Below, piece after piece: positions 1 to 12,058 of a stretch of 64,000 nucleotides of DNA. The DNA is from Mobula hypostoma (taxonomy: Eukaryota): assembly GCF_963921235.1 (NCBI RefSeq), contig NC_086097.1:103418001-103482000 (forward strand), given 5' to 3'. Position 1 is the stretch's first letter, and the number at the start of each line of letters is the position of its first letter. The notes beneath the pieces are model-generated. The model saw only the letters and a list, made by a program, of their open reading frames with translations. It was not told the origin of the DNA and ran no database searches. The position numbers were made by a program, and so were the translations under genes.

Positions 1-59
1 GAGGAACATTTAGAAGGAAGGAAATATCTCTGATAGGATGAGACTAAGTGGGTTCAGGG

Positions 60-390
60 AGATTATAATTATACTTTATTGCCTGTGTGTTTTACTATAA
101 GCAAGGTACTGGTATGCCAATGTTATAAGAAACATGTATAGAATGGACAGTGTCTTACTCAGCGCTGGGAGTCTAAAACTACAGAGCACAAGCTTAAGGT
201 GAGAGGGAAGAAATTTAAAGGAGATCTGAGGCATACGTTTTTCACACACAGAGTGATGTGTGAAAAGGTATTTGGTCAAGTACTTGGATAGGAAAGACCT
301 AGAGAATACAGGCATGATGTGGGGATTTGGTTATGGTCAGCATGAAAGAGGAAGGTGGAAAGGATTGTTTCTGTGTTGTGTCATTCTTTG
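60..390 (+). mobile_element. Old CR1 LINE 3' fragment
   Basis: Similar to the 3' ends of other CR1 copies in the window (cacaagcttaaggtgagagggaagaaatttaaaggagat). Confidence 0.65.
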
Positions 391-977
391 AATCACCATT
401 TATGGAGTGAGAAGCACAAAAGGTATTTCAGGTTGAAACTGTTATGTTGAAAAAAGCGTTGGGTGAGACGCGAGAGATTATAGGCAGAAGAGTGATGAAG
501 CTAGGTCAAGGCAGTGAAAACTGTTTCCCCTTCTGGGCACTGGACAAAAAAATGAGAATCAGTCCTTGTGGCAGTGAAGCATAAATTTTGTTGAAGTAGA
601 TCTGGACTCCAAGCATTGCATTAGGAAGTTGCAGGAATTATTGTTCATGATTTGAAAGTTTTCAGAATACTGTAAATCGACAACTGTATAGTAGATAGAG
701 AAAAGGACTCTTGTTTGTCAGTAGATCTGGGGAGTGGGCGTTACTTGAAGTCCAGTTAATTTTTAGGTTAAGTTGGAAATCACTCTGTACACAAAGATAA
801 AAATTTGGAACTTTAATTCAGCAGGTTGAGCAGGATCTGTGGGAGGAAAGAAATTGTCGAAGTTTTGGATCAACCCTCCCTCTATCAGGTCTCATGTTTG
901 GGATTAATGTCTGTTAACCAAAGATATTGAGGAATTTGGGGCACTTGGTTACATATCTCACAAACAACAATATAATA

Positions 978-1495
978 CAGGTTTTTCCTGCTATCCGAAG
1001 GTAGAGCGTTCCTATGAAACCGTTCGTAAGCGGAAATGGTGTAAAGCGAAGAAGCAATTACCATTAATTTATATGGGAAAATTTTTGAGTGTTCTCAGAC
1101 CCAAAAAAATAATCTACCAAATCGTGCCAAATAGCACGTAAAACCTAAAATAACACTAACATATAGTAAAAGCAGGAATGATATGATAAATACACAGCCT
1201 ATATAAAGTAGAAATAATGTATATACAGTGTAGTTTCACTTAACAGAATCAGGAAGAATTAGCCAAAACCAACTTGTAGAAAAAAATCGGCACGTACACG
1301 CATGCGTACACACCTGGCCACGCAAGGCTTCACGGTCATGGTAGTCTTTCTCGGGGTAAACACAAGTTTAAAGCAGGCGTCTTTTTTTCGTGAAAGTGAA
1401 AATCTTCTTTCGGTTAGCGAGAATAGGTACCAATGTAGGTCTTTTGTAAAAGCGAAGTGGCGTAAAGCAAACGTTCGTAAAGCGGGGGTCACCTC
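978..1495. mobile_element. TcMar-Tigger-like MITE
   Basis: TA flanks at 976-977 and 1496-1497; imperfect ~24-bp TIRs; ends homologous to the copy at 8568-9454. Confidence 0.85.
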
Positions 1496-1896
1496 TACAT
1501 TGTTTTTTTTTAGTGATGTTGAGAGATTGATATTTGTCAAGGCAGGAGAGTTGCGTCCTTTATAATTACTGACAAACCTAGACAGTTTTCAGTTTAAGGT
1601 TGTATCTGAAAGGTGATGACATAATATTACAGGAGTGATAGTTATCTGGAACAAGCTGCTGGAGGAGGTGATAGAGGCAAATACAGTTACAGTGATAAAT
1701 AGGCATTTGGAGAGGTACTGAGGAAAGGAGTAGAGTTCTATAGGCCTAATACAGGAAAATTAGGTTAGTGGACTTAGACGTCTGGTTGGCATGGATGAGC
1801 TGATCGAAAGGGCCATTTCGGTGATCTTACGACAGCATTGCAGAACACGCCTCATCATCTTGAAAGTGACTTGAAACCAGAGAGTTAGTTTGATAA

Positions 1897-2059
1897 ACAA
1901 CATACATCAAAGTTGCTGGTGAACGCAGCAGGCGTTTCAGGTCTCGGCCTGAAACGTCGACTGCGCCTCTTCCTATAGATGCTGCTTGGCCTGCTGCGTT
2001 CACCAGCAACTTTGATGTATGTTGCTTGAATTTCCAGCATCTGCAGAATTCCTGTTGTT
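1897..2059. mobile_element. 163-bp fold-back Penelope-like mini-insertion
   Basis: 14-bp TSD AGTTAGTTTGATAA (1883-1896, 2060-2073); perfect 36-bp inverted arms 1898-1933 and 1989-2024; matches the terminal repeat of the PLE at 17848-19224. Confidence 0.88.
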
Positions 2060-2155
2060 AGTTAGTTTGATAAGTTTTGGGAGTCCATTTTTGTTTTGTG
2101 TAAACAAATAAAAGTAAAAGTAAAACTAAATGATAGTCTTTACTCCCTTTCCTAG

Positions 2156-2305
2156 GGCGACACTGGTGTCTGAGCTGGTCAGATGTGGGATAGCAATGCT
2201 GCAAAGTGAAATGAAGGATGAGGAGTCCAACCTGCCCAAACTGCTTGAAGCTGTTACCCACCAGCTCTGCGAAGAAGGCAGGCAGGCAGTGGCCAAAGGC
2301 AGAGA
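2156..2305 (+). CDS. CDAN1: Codanin-1, first exon in window (upstream exons lie outside)
   Basis: cctag|GGCG...AGAGA|gtaagt; 150 bp, phase 2/2; ATLVSELVRCGIAMLQSEMKDEESNLPKLLEAVTHQLCEEGRQAVAKGR(E) resembles recalled human KATLVADLVRQ...QLCPHGAQALALGRE. Confidence 0.93.
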
Positions 2306-2725
2306 GTAAGTGTCTATGTGATTTGAGTAGTGACACCTTGGCAGATGCTGTGCATGTTTGCTGAGCAGCTAATATTTCCTGTTTTGAAAGAAGAATTGTG
2401 ACCAAAATAAATCATTTTGCAGAGCAGTCAAAATTGCAATTTGAGGCCTACCCAGCTGCTGTCAGGATTTGCATGAATGGAGAGATTTGCCTTCTGAGTC
2501 TTTCCATTTTATGCTACTTCAATGTATGACAGTTTGGAGTGTATTCCCTGGAAAGGCATTGGAATCAGTCACAGCTCTCAAAAAATCATTGGATATAGAC
2601 TTTAAAATTGATTATTTGCAGAGTTCTTACGTATATATCAAAAAACGGCCAAGTGACTAACTAGTTAAACTTTTCAAGGGATGGGGCACAGTTGTGTCTT
2701 CTGCTGTATAATTCTTACACTAGAA

Positions 2726-2807
2726 CAGGAGTTCCAACTTGGGGTCCATGAGCCCCCTGCTTAATGGTAATGGTCCATGGCATAAAAAAAGATTAGGAAC
2801 CCCCGCG
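2726..2807. mobile_element. Tiny hAT-Charlie-like MITE
   Basis: Degenerate TIRs (CAGGAGTTCCAAC ... GATTAGGAACCCC); 8-bp flanks cactagaa/tcctagaa match 6/8. Confidence 0.5.
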
Positions 2808-2939
2808 TCCTAGAAGATTCAGCCTTTCATGTGTGAGGTGCAGCCCAGTTTCCTTTCCCTTCCCTTGGAGAAATAGCCTTAAGGGTGTGTTCAACTAAAT
2901 AGTTAAAGAATCTCTTGAAAGTCAATAAAAAAAGCTGCA

Positions 2940-4620
2940 GATAAGACCATAAGATATAGGAGCAGAATTAGGTCATTCAGTACATCGAGTTTGCTGTGCC
3001 ATTCAATCATGGCTGATTTATTATCCCTTTCGACCCCATTCTCCTGCCCTCTCCCCATAACCTTTAGCTCTCTACTTATTAAGAACCTCTGCTTTAGATA
3101 TACTGAATGACTTGACCTTCACAGTTGTCTGTGACAATGAATTCCGCAGATTCACCACTTTCTGACTAAAGGAATTCCTACTCATCGCTGTTCTAAAGGG
3201 ATGTCCTTTTATTCTGAAGCTTTGACTTTGACTCATCCAATATAGGAAACATACTATCCATGAACATTCTATCGAGGCCTTTCAATATTCAATAGGCTTC
3301 AGTGAGAACCCTCTCATTCTTGTAAATTCCAGTGAGTATAGACCCGGAACCAATAAATACTACTCATATGTTAACCCTTTTATTCCCAGGATCATTCTTG
3401 TGAACCTCCTCTGGAGCCTCTCCAGTGCCAACACATCCTTTCTGACAGCTGCTCACAATACTCTCAAGTGCATTCTGACCAGTGCCTTTTGAAGCCTCAG
3501 CATTACATCCTTGCTTTTATATTCTGGTCCTCCCAAAATGTATGCCAACATTGCAATTGTCTTCCTTACTACTGACTCAACCTGCAAGTTAATCTTTAAG
3601 GAGGACTGCAAAACCCCTTGGTACCTCTGATTTTTTGAATTTTCCTCCTGTTTAGAAAACAGTCTGTGTCTTTATTGCTTCTACCAAAGTGCATGACCAT
3701 ACACTTCCTGACATTGTATTCCACCTGCCAGTTCTTTGCCCATTTACTTAATCTAATTCCTTATGTAAACTCCCTGCTTCTTCAACATTGCCTGCCTCTC
3801 CATCTTTCTTCATATCGTCTGTAAACCTGGCCACGAAGCCATCAATTTCATTGTTCAAATCATTGACATATAATGTGAAAAGTAGCAGTACCAACCTCAA
3901 CACTTTCGGAACATCTACTCACCAGCAGCCAACCAGAAAAGGTCACCTTTATTCCCACTCTTTGCCTCCTGCCAGTCTAGTATCTTTCTTGTAGTACCAT
4001 AGGGTCCAATTTTGTTTAGCAGCTTCATGTGCAGCACTTTGTTAAAGGTCTTATGAAAATCAAGTAAGCAAATCCACTGACTCTTCTTCGTCCAGGCTGC
4101 CTGTTATTTCCTCAAAGAATCCCAGTGGATTTAGGTAACCATACAGACTTTGGCATATTTTATTATGTGCCTCCAAGTACTGTAAAACCTCATCCATAAT
4201 AATTGGCTCCAACATTTTGCCAACCACTGGTCAGGCTATCTAGCCTATAATATCCTTTCTTTTGGCTCTCTACCTTGGGAAAGAGTGGAGTGACATTTAC
4301 AATTTTCCAGTCCTCCAGAACCATTCCAGAATCCATTGATTCTTGAAAAATCGCTACTGATGCCTTCACAATCCCTTCAGGCAGCTCTGGAGTGTAGTCC
4401 TTCTCCAGGTGACCTTCAGACCTTTCAGCTTCCCAAGTACCTTCCCCTTGGTAATAGCAACTATACTCATGCCTACCCCTCATACTCTTGGAAATTCTGG
4501 CAATGCAAAATTCCTAATTCAGTTTGTCCGCCACATCATGTGTTCTTTATTACACCTCTCCTTCTTCATCTTGCAATGGCCAGATACCTATTCTTTACTG
4601 TTTCCCTCCTTTACTGTTTA
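2940..4620 (-). mobile_element. CR1 LINE, degenerate RT to 3' end
   Basis: Minus-strand EDWKIVNVTPLFPK and GFVARF-type segments; CR1 3' UTR and tail near 2940. Confidence 0.85.
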
Positions 4621-4659
4621 TACATTTAAAAAGGGTTTCAATGTTTCAGAAAAGATAGA

Positions 4660-5080
4660 GAGGGAAAGCTGCTCATTGCATCACTGGTATCAGCCTACCC
4701 ACCATCAAGGACATATGTAAAATACGGTGCCAGAAAAGGGCCAATAGCATCATGAAGAATCCTACACACCCTGCTCATGGACTATTTGTCCCACTCCCAC
4801 CAGGGAGGAGGCTGTGTAACATCCACACCAGGACCACTGACTCAAAAACGGTTACTTTCCCTAAGCAGTAAAACTGATCAAACCCTTCACCTACTAACTC
4901 TTATCACTATTCATTATTTCTTTTTGTACTGCCCATTGTCAGTTTATGGACAAACTATGTATATAAGCTATCGTGTGTACTTCTATTTATTATGTGCTTT
5001 TTTTTTAGTATTATTAATGGTGTTCTTTATCTTCTATTTTTTTTCACTGTATCGGATGTGGAGTAACAATTATTTTGTTC
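4660..5080 (+). mobile_element. Rex1/Babar LINE 3' fragment
   Basis: LPTIKD...HPAHGLFVPLPPGRR-type C-terminus, then AT-rich 3' UTR. Confidence 0.65.
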
Positions 5081-5094
5081 AGGAAATAAACAAT

Positions 5095-7600
5095 CATGAA
5101 AAGGGGGGTGTTGCACTATTAATCAGGAATAATATCACAACTGCACTCAGGTGGGACATGATAGAGGGCTCATCTGCTGACTCTGTAGGGGTAGAACTTA
5201 AAAATAAGAAAGGTGCACTCACTCTGGGATTATACGACAGACTCTTTCTCCTTCTCCCCTGCACCCCCGCGCCACTATAGCCACCAGGCAATTGAGGAGC
5301 AGATACACAGCCAGATTAGGCAAAGGGCAAAAACCCAAACCAAATGCCATGGATGAACCAGGAAATAGGTGGTATACTGAGGGTTAGATCTGTGGCATTC
5401 AAGGCAGGTGATCCAGAAATATAGTAGTCCAGGTACGACCTACAGAAGGCTATTTTAAGGGTGAGAAAGCAATTCCAATTGAGGTTAGAGATGGAATAGG
5501 ATGTGCATCAGCTCTGACAGGGTTTGCAGGCCATTACTTCCTATAAAGCAAAACCTAACAACAAGAATGGCTGTGATGCTTCTCTCCCAGATGATCACAA
5601 AGCCTTTTATCCATGCTTTGAAAGGAAGAATAAGATTAAACCTGTGCAAATCCCTGTAGCATCTGGTGACCCTGTGATCTCTGTCATGGAGGCCAACATA
5701 ATAACATCTTTCCAGAGTGTGAACCCTTGCAGGGCATCAGGCCCTGATTGGTGTACCTGATTGAGCTCTGCTAACCTGTGCCATCCACCTGGTGGGAGTT
5801 TCCAAGGACATCTTCAATCTCTTACTGCTGCAGTTGGGGGTCCCCACCTGCCTCAAAAGGGTGACAATCATACCAATGCCCAAGAAGTGCAGGGTGAGCT
5901 GCCTCAATGACCAACACCCAGTTACACTCATCTACTGTGATGAAGTCTTTGTGAGTTTGGTCATGGCTGGAGTCAACTCGTGCCTAAGCAAGGACCTGGA
6001 CCTGGACCTGACGCAATACATCTACAGCAGATGCAATCTCACTGGCTCTCCACTCGGCCTTGGATCACCTGGACAATTGCAATACCTACTATTGCAATAC
6101 CTGAACAATAGCTGCTGTTTATTGATTACAGCTCAGCATTCAACACAATTGTACCCTCAGTTCTAATTAACAAGATCCAAAACGTGGGCCTCTGTACACC
6201 CCTCTGCAACTGGATCAGGAGCGAGATAGGTCAGCTGGTTGAGTGGTGTTGCTGCAACAACCTTACACTCCAGATTAGTAAGGCCAAGGAATTGATTGTG
6301 GACTTCAGGAAGGGGAAATTGAGGGACACGTACCAGTCCTCATCCAGAGGTGAGCAGTGGAATTGGTAAGTAGTTTCAAGTTCCTGGGTGTCAACGTGTC
6401 TGAGGATCTATCCTGGGTCCAACATATTGATGCAAATACAAAGAAGGCATAACAGTGGGTATATTTTATTAGGAGTTTGAGGTGGCTTGATGTCACCAAA
6501 TACACTTGCAAATTTCTACAGATGTACGGTAGAGAGCATTCTGACTGGTTGCATACCAGTTTGGTGTGGGGTTGCTTCACCATCTGCAAAGGATCAGAAA
6601 AAGCTGCAGAAAGTTGTAAGCTCTGCCAGTTCCATCATGGACTCGAGCCTCCCCAGCATCAAGGACACCTTCAAGAAGGTGGCATCCATCACCCATTACA
6701 TGCCTTCTTCTCATTGCTGCTATCAAGAAGGAGTTGTAGGAGCCTGAAGACACACACTCAGTATTTGAGAAACAGTTTCTTCCCCTCCACCATCAGATTT
6801 CTGAATGGACAATGAACCCATGAACATTACCTCGGTATTTTTCCTTTCTTTTTGTACTACTTATGTAATCTATTTTTATATACTTGTTGTAATTTATAGT
6901 TTTTAATTACTATGTATTGCAATGTATTTTCATCGCAAAACAGCACATTTCACAATAGATGCCAGTGATATTAAACCTGATTCTGAACAACAGGGTTGTT
7001 TTCATGGTGACTTCAACTTCTTTGGTGGACTGGGACCTTCTTGGTGCATGGGGCAGAATTTGTTAAGTGTCTTCTTAAGTCAATATGGTGATAGTCCCAA
7101 CAAGAGGAGGGGGCATACTGGACTTGGTATAGGGAAATAAGCCTGGCTTGGGATCAACCTTTCTGTGGGAAATTATTTTGGAAACTGTGATCACGATATT
7201 GATAAATATGGATCTTCTGGGAGAGTAAATTGGAGCAGGACAAGTCCACATCTGACATGTAAATGGTGTTTAAAGACTATGAAGGGTATAGGACAGGTAT
7301 TTTCCAGTAACCAGGAAGGACAAGGGTGGTAAGATAAAGGAACCTTGGATGTTTAAAGAGGTGGTGAAGAAAAACTAAACTCCAATGGAGCCCTGAAGAC
7401 TATAAAAAAAGCTAGAAAAGAACTCGAAGGGAATTATGCGAGCCAGGAATGGACATGAAAAGTCCTTGGCAAGTATGATTAAAGGGAATCTTAAAGCAAG
7501 AAGAGGAGGGTAGGACCACTCAAGGATAAAGGAAGAAAGATATGGTTTAGGTGGAAGATATGGGAGAGGTCCTAAATGAGTACTTTGTATCAATATTTAC
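5095..7600 (+). mobile_element. CR1 endonuclease-region fragment interrupted by Rex1 (about 5335-6985)
   Basis: GGVALLIR...VELKNKKG before the insertion; GDFNF resumes just after 6985. Confidence 0.7.
5335..6985 (+). mobile_element. Rex1/Babar LINE, degenerate RT
   Basis: [53 protein letters not shown]. Confidence 0.8.
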
Positions 7601-8567
7601 AGTGCCTATAAGAAGTATTCATCCCCCCCACTCCCCCCTTTTCATTTTTCCATGGCCTTCTGTCCTCTCCTATCAGACTCTCCTTTCTTCAGTCCTGTAT
7701 CTCCTTCACGAATCAACTTCCCAGCTCTTTACTATTTAGATAAAACTACATTAAATATATGTTTCTTTACAGTCTTTGATTCATGTCAACAAACATGGAA
7801 ATAAGGTGGTAGATATGGTTGGGGTAAAAGAGGGCATGACTGTGAGGGATATGTTTTGCTAGTGGACAGCCTGGTCACTGGGCTTGAAGATGCCCTTAGC
7901 TCCAAGAAAACTTTGATAAGTCAGCTTCTTCCTCCACTGCAGGACCTCAGACTATGCAGTTTAAATAACCCTCTCCTGAAATGTACTGAAAAACTTGTAC
8001 AATTACAATTCTGCCTGTTGTAGAGATTTCTGATCCTGTTATTCCACTGACTGTAAACAAACAATTGGATTTCCTGGTTGATAGCCATATTTTCCACAGT
8101 TCGTGCTTCTAGTTGGCCAAGGGCTCCCTTAAGCAATGAATCATTTAAGTGTTATGGGACTTGTAGGACAGTTAGTCTCTTCAACCATTTCTTGTTAAGT
8201 TACTTATCGGATATAAAGTTCAAATTCAAAGTAAATTTTTTGTCAAAGTACATATATGTCACCATATACAACCCTGAGATTTATCTTCTTTCAGGCATAC
8301 TCAATAAATCCAATAGCCGTAACAGAATCAGTGAAAGACTGCACCAACAGGGTGGTCAACCAGTGTGCAAATACACAAAGAGAGGAAAAATAGCAATACT
8401 GAGAACATCTGATGAAGAGTGCTTGAAACTGAGTCCATAGGTTGCAGGAACAGTTCAGTAATGGGGCAAGTGAAGCTGAGTAAAGTTATCCCATCTGGTT
8501 CAGGAGCCTGATAGTTGAGGCATAAGAACTTCCTAGACCTGGTTGTGTGGATCCTGAGGATCCTGTA

Positions 8568-9454
8568 CAGCTTTCCCCCGCTATCCAAAAGTAAAGTGTT
8601 CCTATGAAACCTTTCGTAAGCCAAAATGGCGTAAAGTGAAGAAGCAATTACCATTAATTTATATGGGAAAAATTTTTGAGTGTTCCCAGACTCAAAAAAA
8701 TAACCTACCAAAGCATACCAAATAACACGTAAAACCTAAAATAACACAAACATATAGTAAAAGCTGGAATGATATAAATACATAGCCTATATAAAGTAGA
8801 AATAATGTATGTAGTGTAGTTTCACGTTCCAGAATTGGGAAGACAATGAACTCACTGGAAGGTTCACGTAATTTTCTATCATACAGTTCTTTGTAAGCAC
8901 TCAAAACTTCCTGCAAACCTGCCCTAAACCTACGTGCCCTTTCAAAATTAAGGTCATATTCTTCTGCAATCATTGCAGCACTGTCAATTGTAGCAAAAAT
9001 CTCATGCAGTTCAAAGCTATGGCAGGTTGATGCTGAGATGCTGAGTGTTTTGCTGAAAGCAAAACAAACACTATTCTCGCTTTTCTCCACTCTTGCTGCT
9101 CGGGGTGTGCGCTGCCTCTGTAACTGCTCACTGCAAAACAAACGCTGAACACTATTTTCGCTTTTCGCCACTCTTGCTGCTCGGGGTGTGCGCTTCCTCT
9201 ATAACTGCTCGCTGCAAAACTGACGCTGAACACTATTTTCGCTTTTCGCCACTCTTGCTGCTCGGGGTGTGCGCTTCCTCTATAACTGCTCGCTGCAAAA
9301 CTGACGCTGAACGCTATTTTCGCTTTTAGCCTTTTCTCGTAACAGTGAAAATCGCCTTCGGATTTGTTTCGGTTAGTGAAAACAGGTACTAATGTAGGTC
9401 TATCGTAAAAGCGAAGTGGCGTAATGCCAACTTTTGTAAAGCGGGGGATACCTG
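8568..9454 (-). mobile_element. Internally deleted Tigger/pogo DNA transposon
   Basis: TA TSD; CAG..CTG termini with TIRs; residual transposase-like C-terminus EYDLNFERARRFRAGLQEVLSAYKELYDRK. Confidence 0.85.
9070..9327. repeat. 81-bp tandem repeat, about 3.2 copies
   Basis: Units start at 9070, 9151, 9232 and 9313; copies 2 and 3 are nearly identical. Confidence 0.92.
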
Positions 9455-9829
9455 TACCACCTTCTTAATGGCAGTATCAAGAAGAGAGCATGACATGCGT
9501 GGTGGATGTCCATGACAATGGATGCTGCTTTCCTGTGACAAGGCTCCATATAGATATGCTCAATGGTGGGGAGGGCTATACCTGTAATGGATAGGGCCGT
9601 ATCCACTACTTTTTGTAGGATTTTCCGTTCATGGGCACTGGTGTTTCCATATCAGGCTGTGATGCAACCAGTCAATATACTCTCTATCATGCATCTATAG
9701 AAGTTTGTCAAAGTTTTAGATGTCATGCCTAACCTTCGTCAACTCCTAAGGAAGTAGAAGCATTACTGTCCTTTCTTTGTAATTGTACTTGCATGCTGGA
9801 GCCAGGACAGGGCAGATATAAAGGAGAAC

Positions 9830-10520
9830 TTCAGTTTCTTGTAGCACTAGATCCACTGATTAATCGGTGGGAACAGGATTTCTTTTGCAGCTGGAATGTT
9901 CCCCCAAAAGGATACAACTCAGAATGAATAACCACCTGTCTGTGTCGTGTATGAAGAATTGGTCCTGGTAAAACCTGGTGGGGTGGGATTTCTTCAGTAT
10001 GTCTAAAAGGAGTACTTGAAATAGTATGTGGAGAATGCAACGAGAAGAGAGAACGTACTGAATCTACTTGTGGGAAATGAGCTATACCACGTGACAGACC
10101 TGATAGTGGGTGAACATTTTGAGAATAGTGACCACAACTCATTTAGATTTGAGATAATTATGAGTAATCATAAGGTCAGATGTCGCAGGAAGGAGCAAAG
10201 TTGGGGTAAGGGCAAACTTTGACAGGCTAAGAAAGGAGTGAAGGATTGTTGATTGGGAGCAGCACTGTCATACAAGCCTGTGTTTGACATGTGGGAGATG
10301 TTTAAAGACCAGCCTATCAGAGTTTAGGATTGATATGTTCTGGTAAGAAGTAAAGACAAAGATGATAACTGAGGGAACCATGACCCAAGTGATCCTATAT
10401 TTAGTCAGGAGGGAAAAGGATATGCACATAAAGTTTATGGAGCAAATATCAGACTTGGCATTTGTAGAATATAAAGATAGCAGGAAAGTATTCAAGCAGG
10501 CAATTAGAAAGATGAGGGGC
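9830..10520 (+). mobile_element. Old CR1 endonuclease fragment
   Basis: TRRENVLNLLVGNE...GEHFENSDHNS. Confidence 0.7.
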
Positions 10521-10792
10521 TACGGTAGGAAACTTTGTCACATGGTGTGAGCAGAATTATCTGCAGCTTAATATGAAAAAGACTAAGGAGCTGGTGGTAG
10601 ACCTGAGGAGAGCTAAGGTATCGGTGACCCTTGTTTCCATCCAGGGGGTCAGTGTGGACATGGTGGAGGATTACAAATACCTGCGGATACGCATTGACAA
10701 TAAACTGGACTGGTCAAAGAACACTGAGGCTGTCTACAAGAAGGGTCAGAGCCCTCTCTATTTCCTGAGGAGACTGAGGTCCTTTAACATCA
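10520..10792 (+). mobile_element. Rex1/Babar RT fragment
   Basis: KTKELVVDLRR...YKYL...DNKLDWSKNT...LYFLRRLRSFN. Confidence 0.75.
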
Positions 10793-10830
10793 ACGTTTAA
10801 AAGCGCACTTGCAATAATAATAAATATAAT

Positions 10831-11961
10831 CATCATCATCATCATCAGGTGCCATGCCCAGTTTGAGCTTTGACTGCCATGGCCCACACGCTCCTGTTTC
10901 GGATCAGGTGGATCAATTTGTTGGTATTCATTTCCAATTCTCTGGCTGCTGTCTCCATCATCATTTGTCTTTGTCTTCCTCTTGCTTTCTTCCCTTCAAT
11001 CTTTCCCATAATTACCGTGCATTCTAACTCCTCTTTCCTAATCACATGTCCAATGAAGTTACGCTGCCTTTTCATGATCTCATACATTATTTCTCTTTTT
11101 GTTTGCTCTGTTCGTGACATCCTCGTTAGATATTCGTTTCGTCCATGATATTCTTTGCATCCTCCTCAAAAACCACATCTCTGCTGCTACAATTCGTTTC
11201 CTCATGTTACTAGATATTGTCCAACATTCTGAGCCATATAATGTAACTGGATAAATGTAACATTTCAGTACTCTGAGGCGGGTTGTCATGCCTAGTTTAG
11301 TGTTGGTCAGTCTACTCTTCATTCTCGTAAAGGTGTCTTTTGCCATCCCTATTCTTCTTTTGATGTCCATGTCGCACCTGCCATCTGATGTCACCCAGCT
11401 TCCGAAGTAGCAAAAGTTCTGTACTTGTTTTATGTCTTCCCCATTTATTCTCAGCCTGCAGATAGGATTCTCCTCTTTTCTGGTTATCACCATACATTTT
11501 GTCTTTTTGCAATTGATAGATTGACCCATTTTTGCACTTTCTTCAACAATTATATCAATTAAGTTTTGTAGTTCTTCCTCCGTACTTGCAATTAACAGTG
11601 TCATCTGCATATCTGAAATTATTGATGTTTTCACTGCCAACTTTGATTCCCAAGATGTCTCTTATTTTTTGTAATATTGTTTTACTGTACACATTAAATA
11701 AATCAGGGGAGAAAACACACCCTTGTCTAACGCCTCTCTTGATTTTCGTAAACTGACTCACTTCTCCATCTATTCTTATAGCGGCAGTTCGTTCCCAGTA
11801 CAGATTCTGATTAGGCGGAGGTCTTTCAAAATCTAGATCTAAAGTTTTCTGTATGAAGATGTAAGATGAAGAAAGGAAAGGCAGCAGGCCCTGATGAATT
11901 AGTAATAGAACAAATTATTGCCTTTGAAGATTATGGAATTGAAAAACTTACTGATTTAATC
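10831..11961 (-). mobile_element. RTE-clade LINE, 5'-truncated with an inverted 5' segment
   Basis: GVRQGCVFSPDLFN and RYADD; (GAT)n tail at 10831; 12-bp TSD AATAAATATAAT (10819-10830, 11962-11973). Confidence 0.88.
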
Positions 11962-12058
11962 AATAAATATAATAATATTAACTAATAATAAAGTACAGAA
12001 TAATTATTTTACCAATGTGCAATAATGTACAAAATAATAAAACAGAAACTATTGTACT

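Larger units (their letters stand above)
8215..9810 (-). mobile_element. Rex1/Babar LINE 3' part, interrupted by Tigger
   Basis: ITGIALPTIEHIY...HALFLILP on the minus strand; sequence continuous across the Tigger TA site. Confidence 0.75.

Noticed and set aside
4777..5280. 167-aa ORF with a hydrophobic stretch
   Set aside because: Chance read-through of a Rex1 3' end, a T-rich UTR and a CR1 endonuclease fragment.
9070..9327. CRISPR-like array
   Set aside because: Contiguous tandem units without unique spacers, in eukaryotic transposon DNA.
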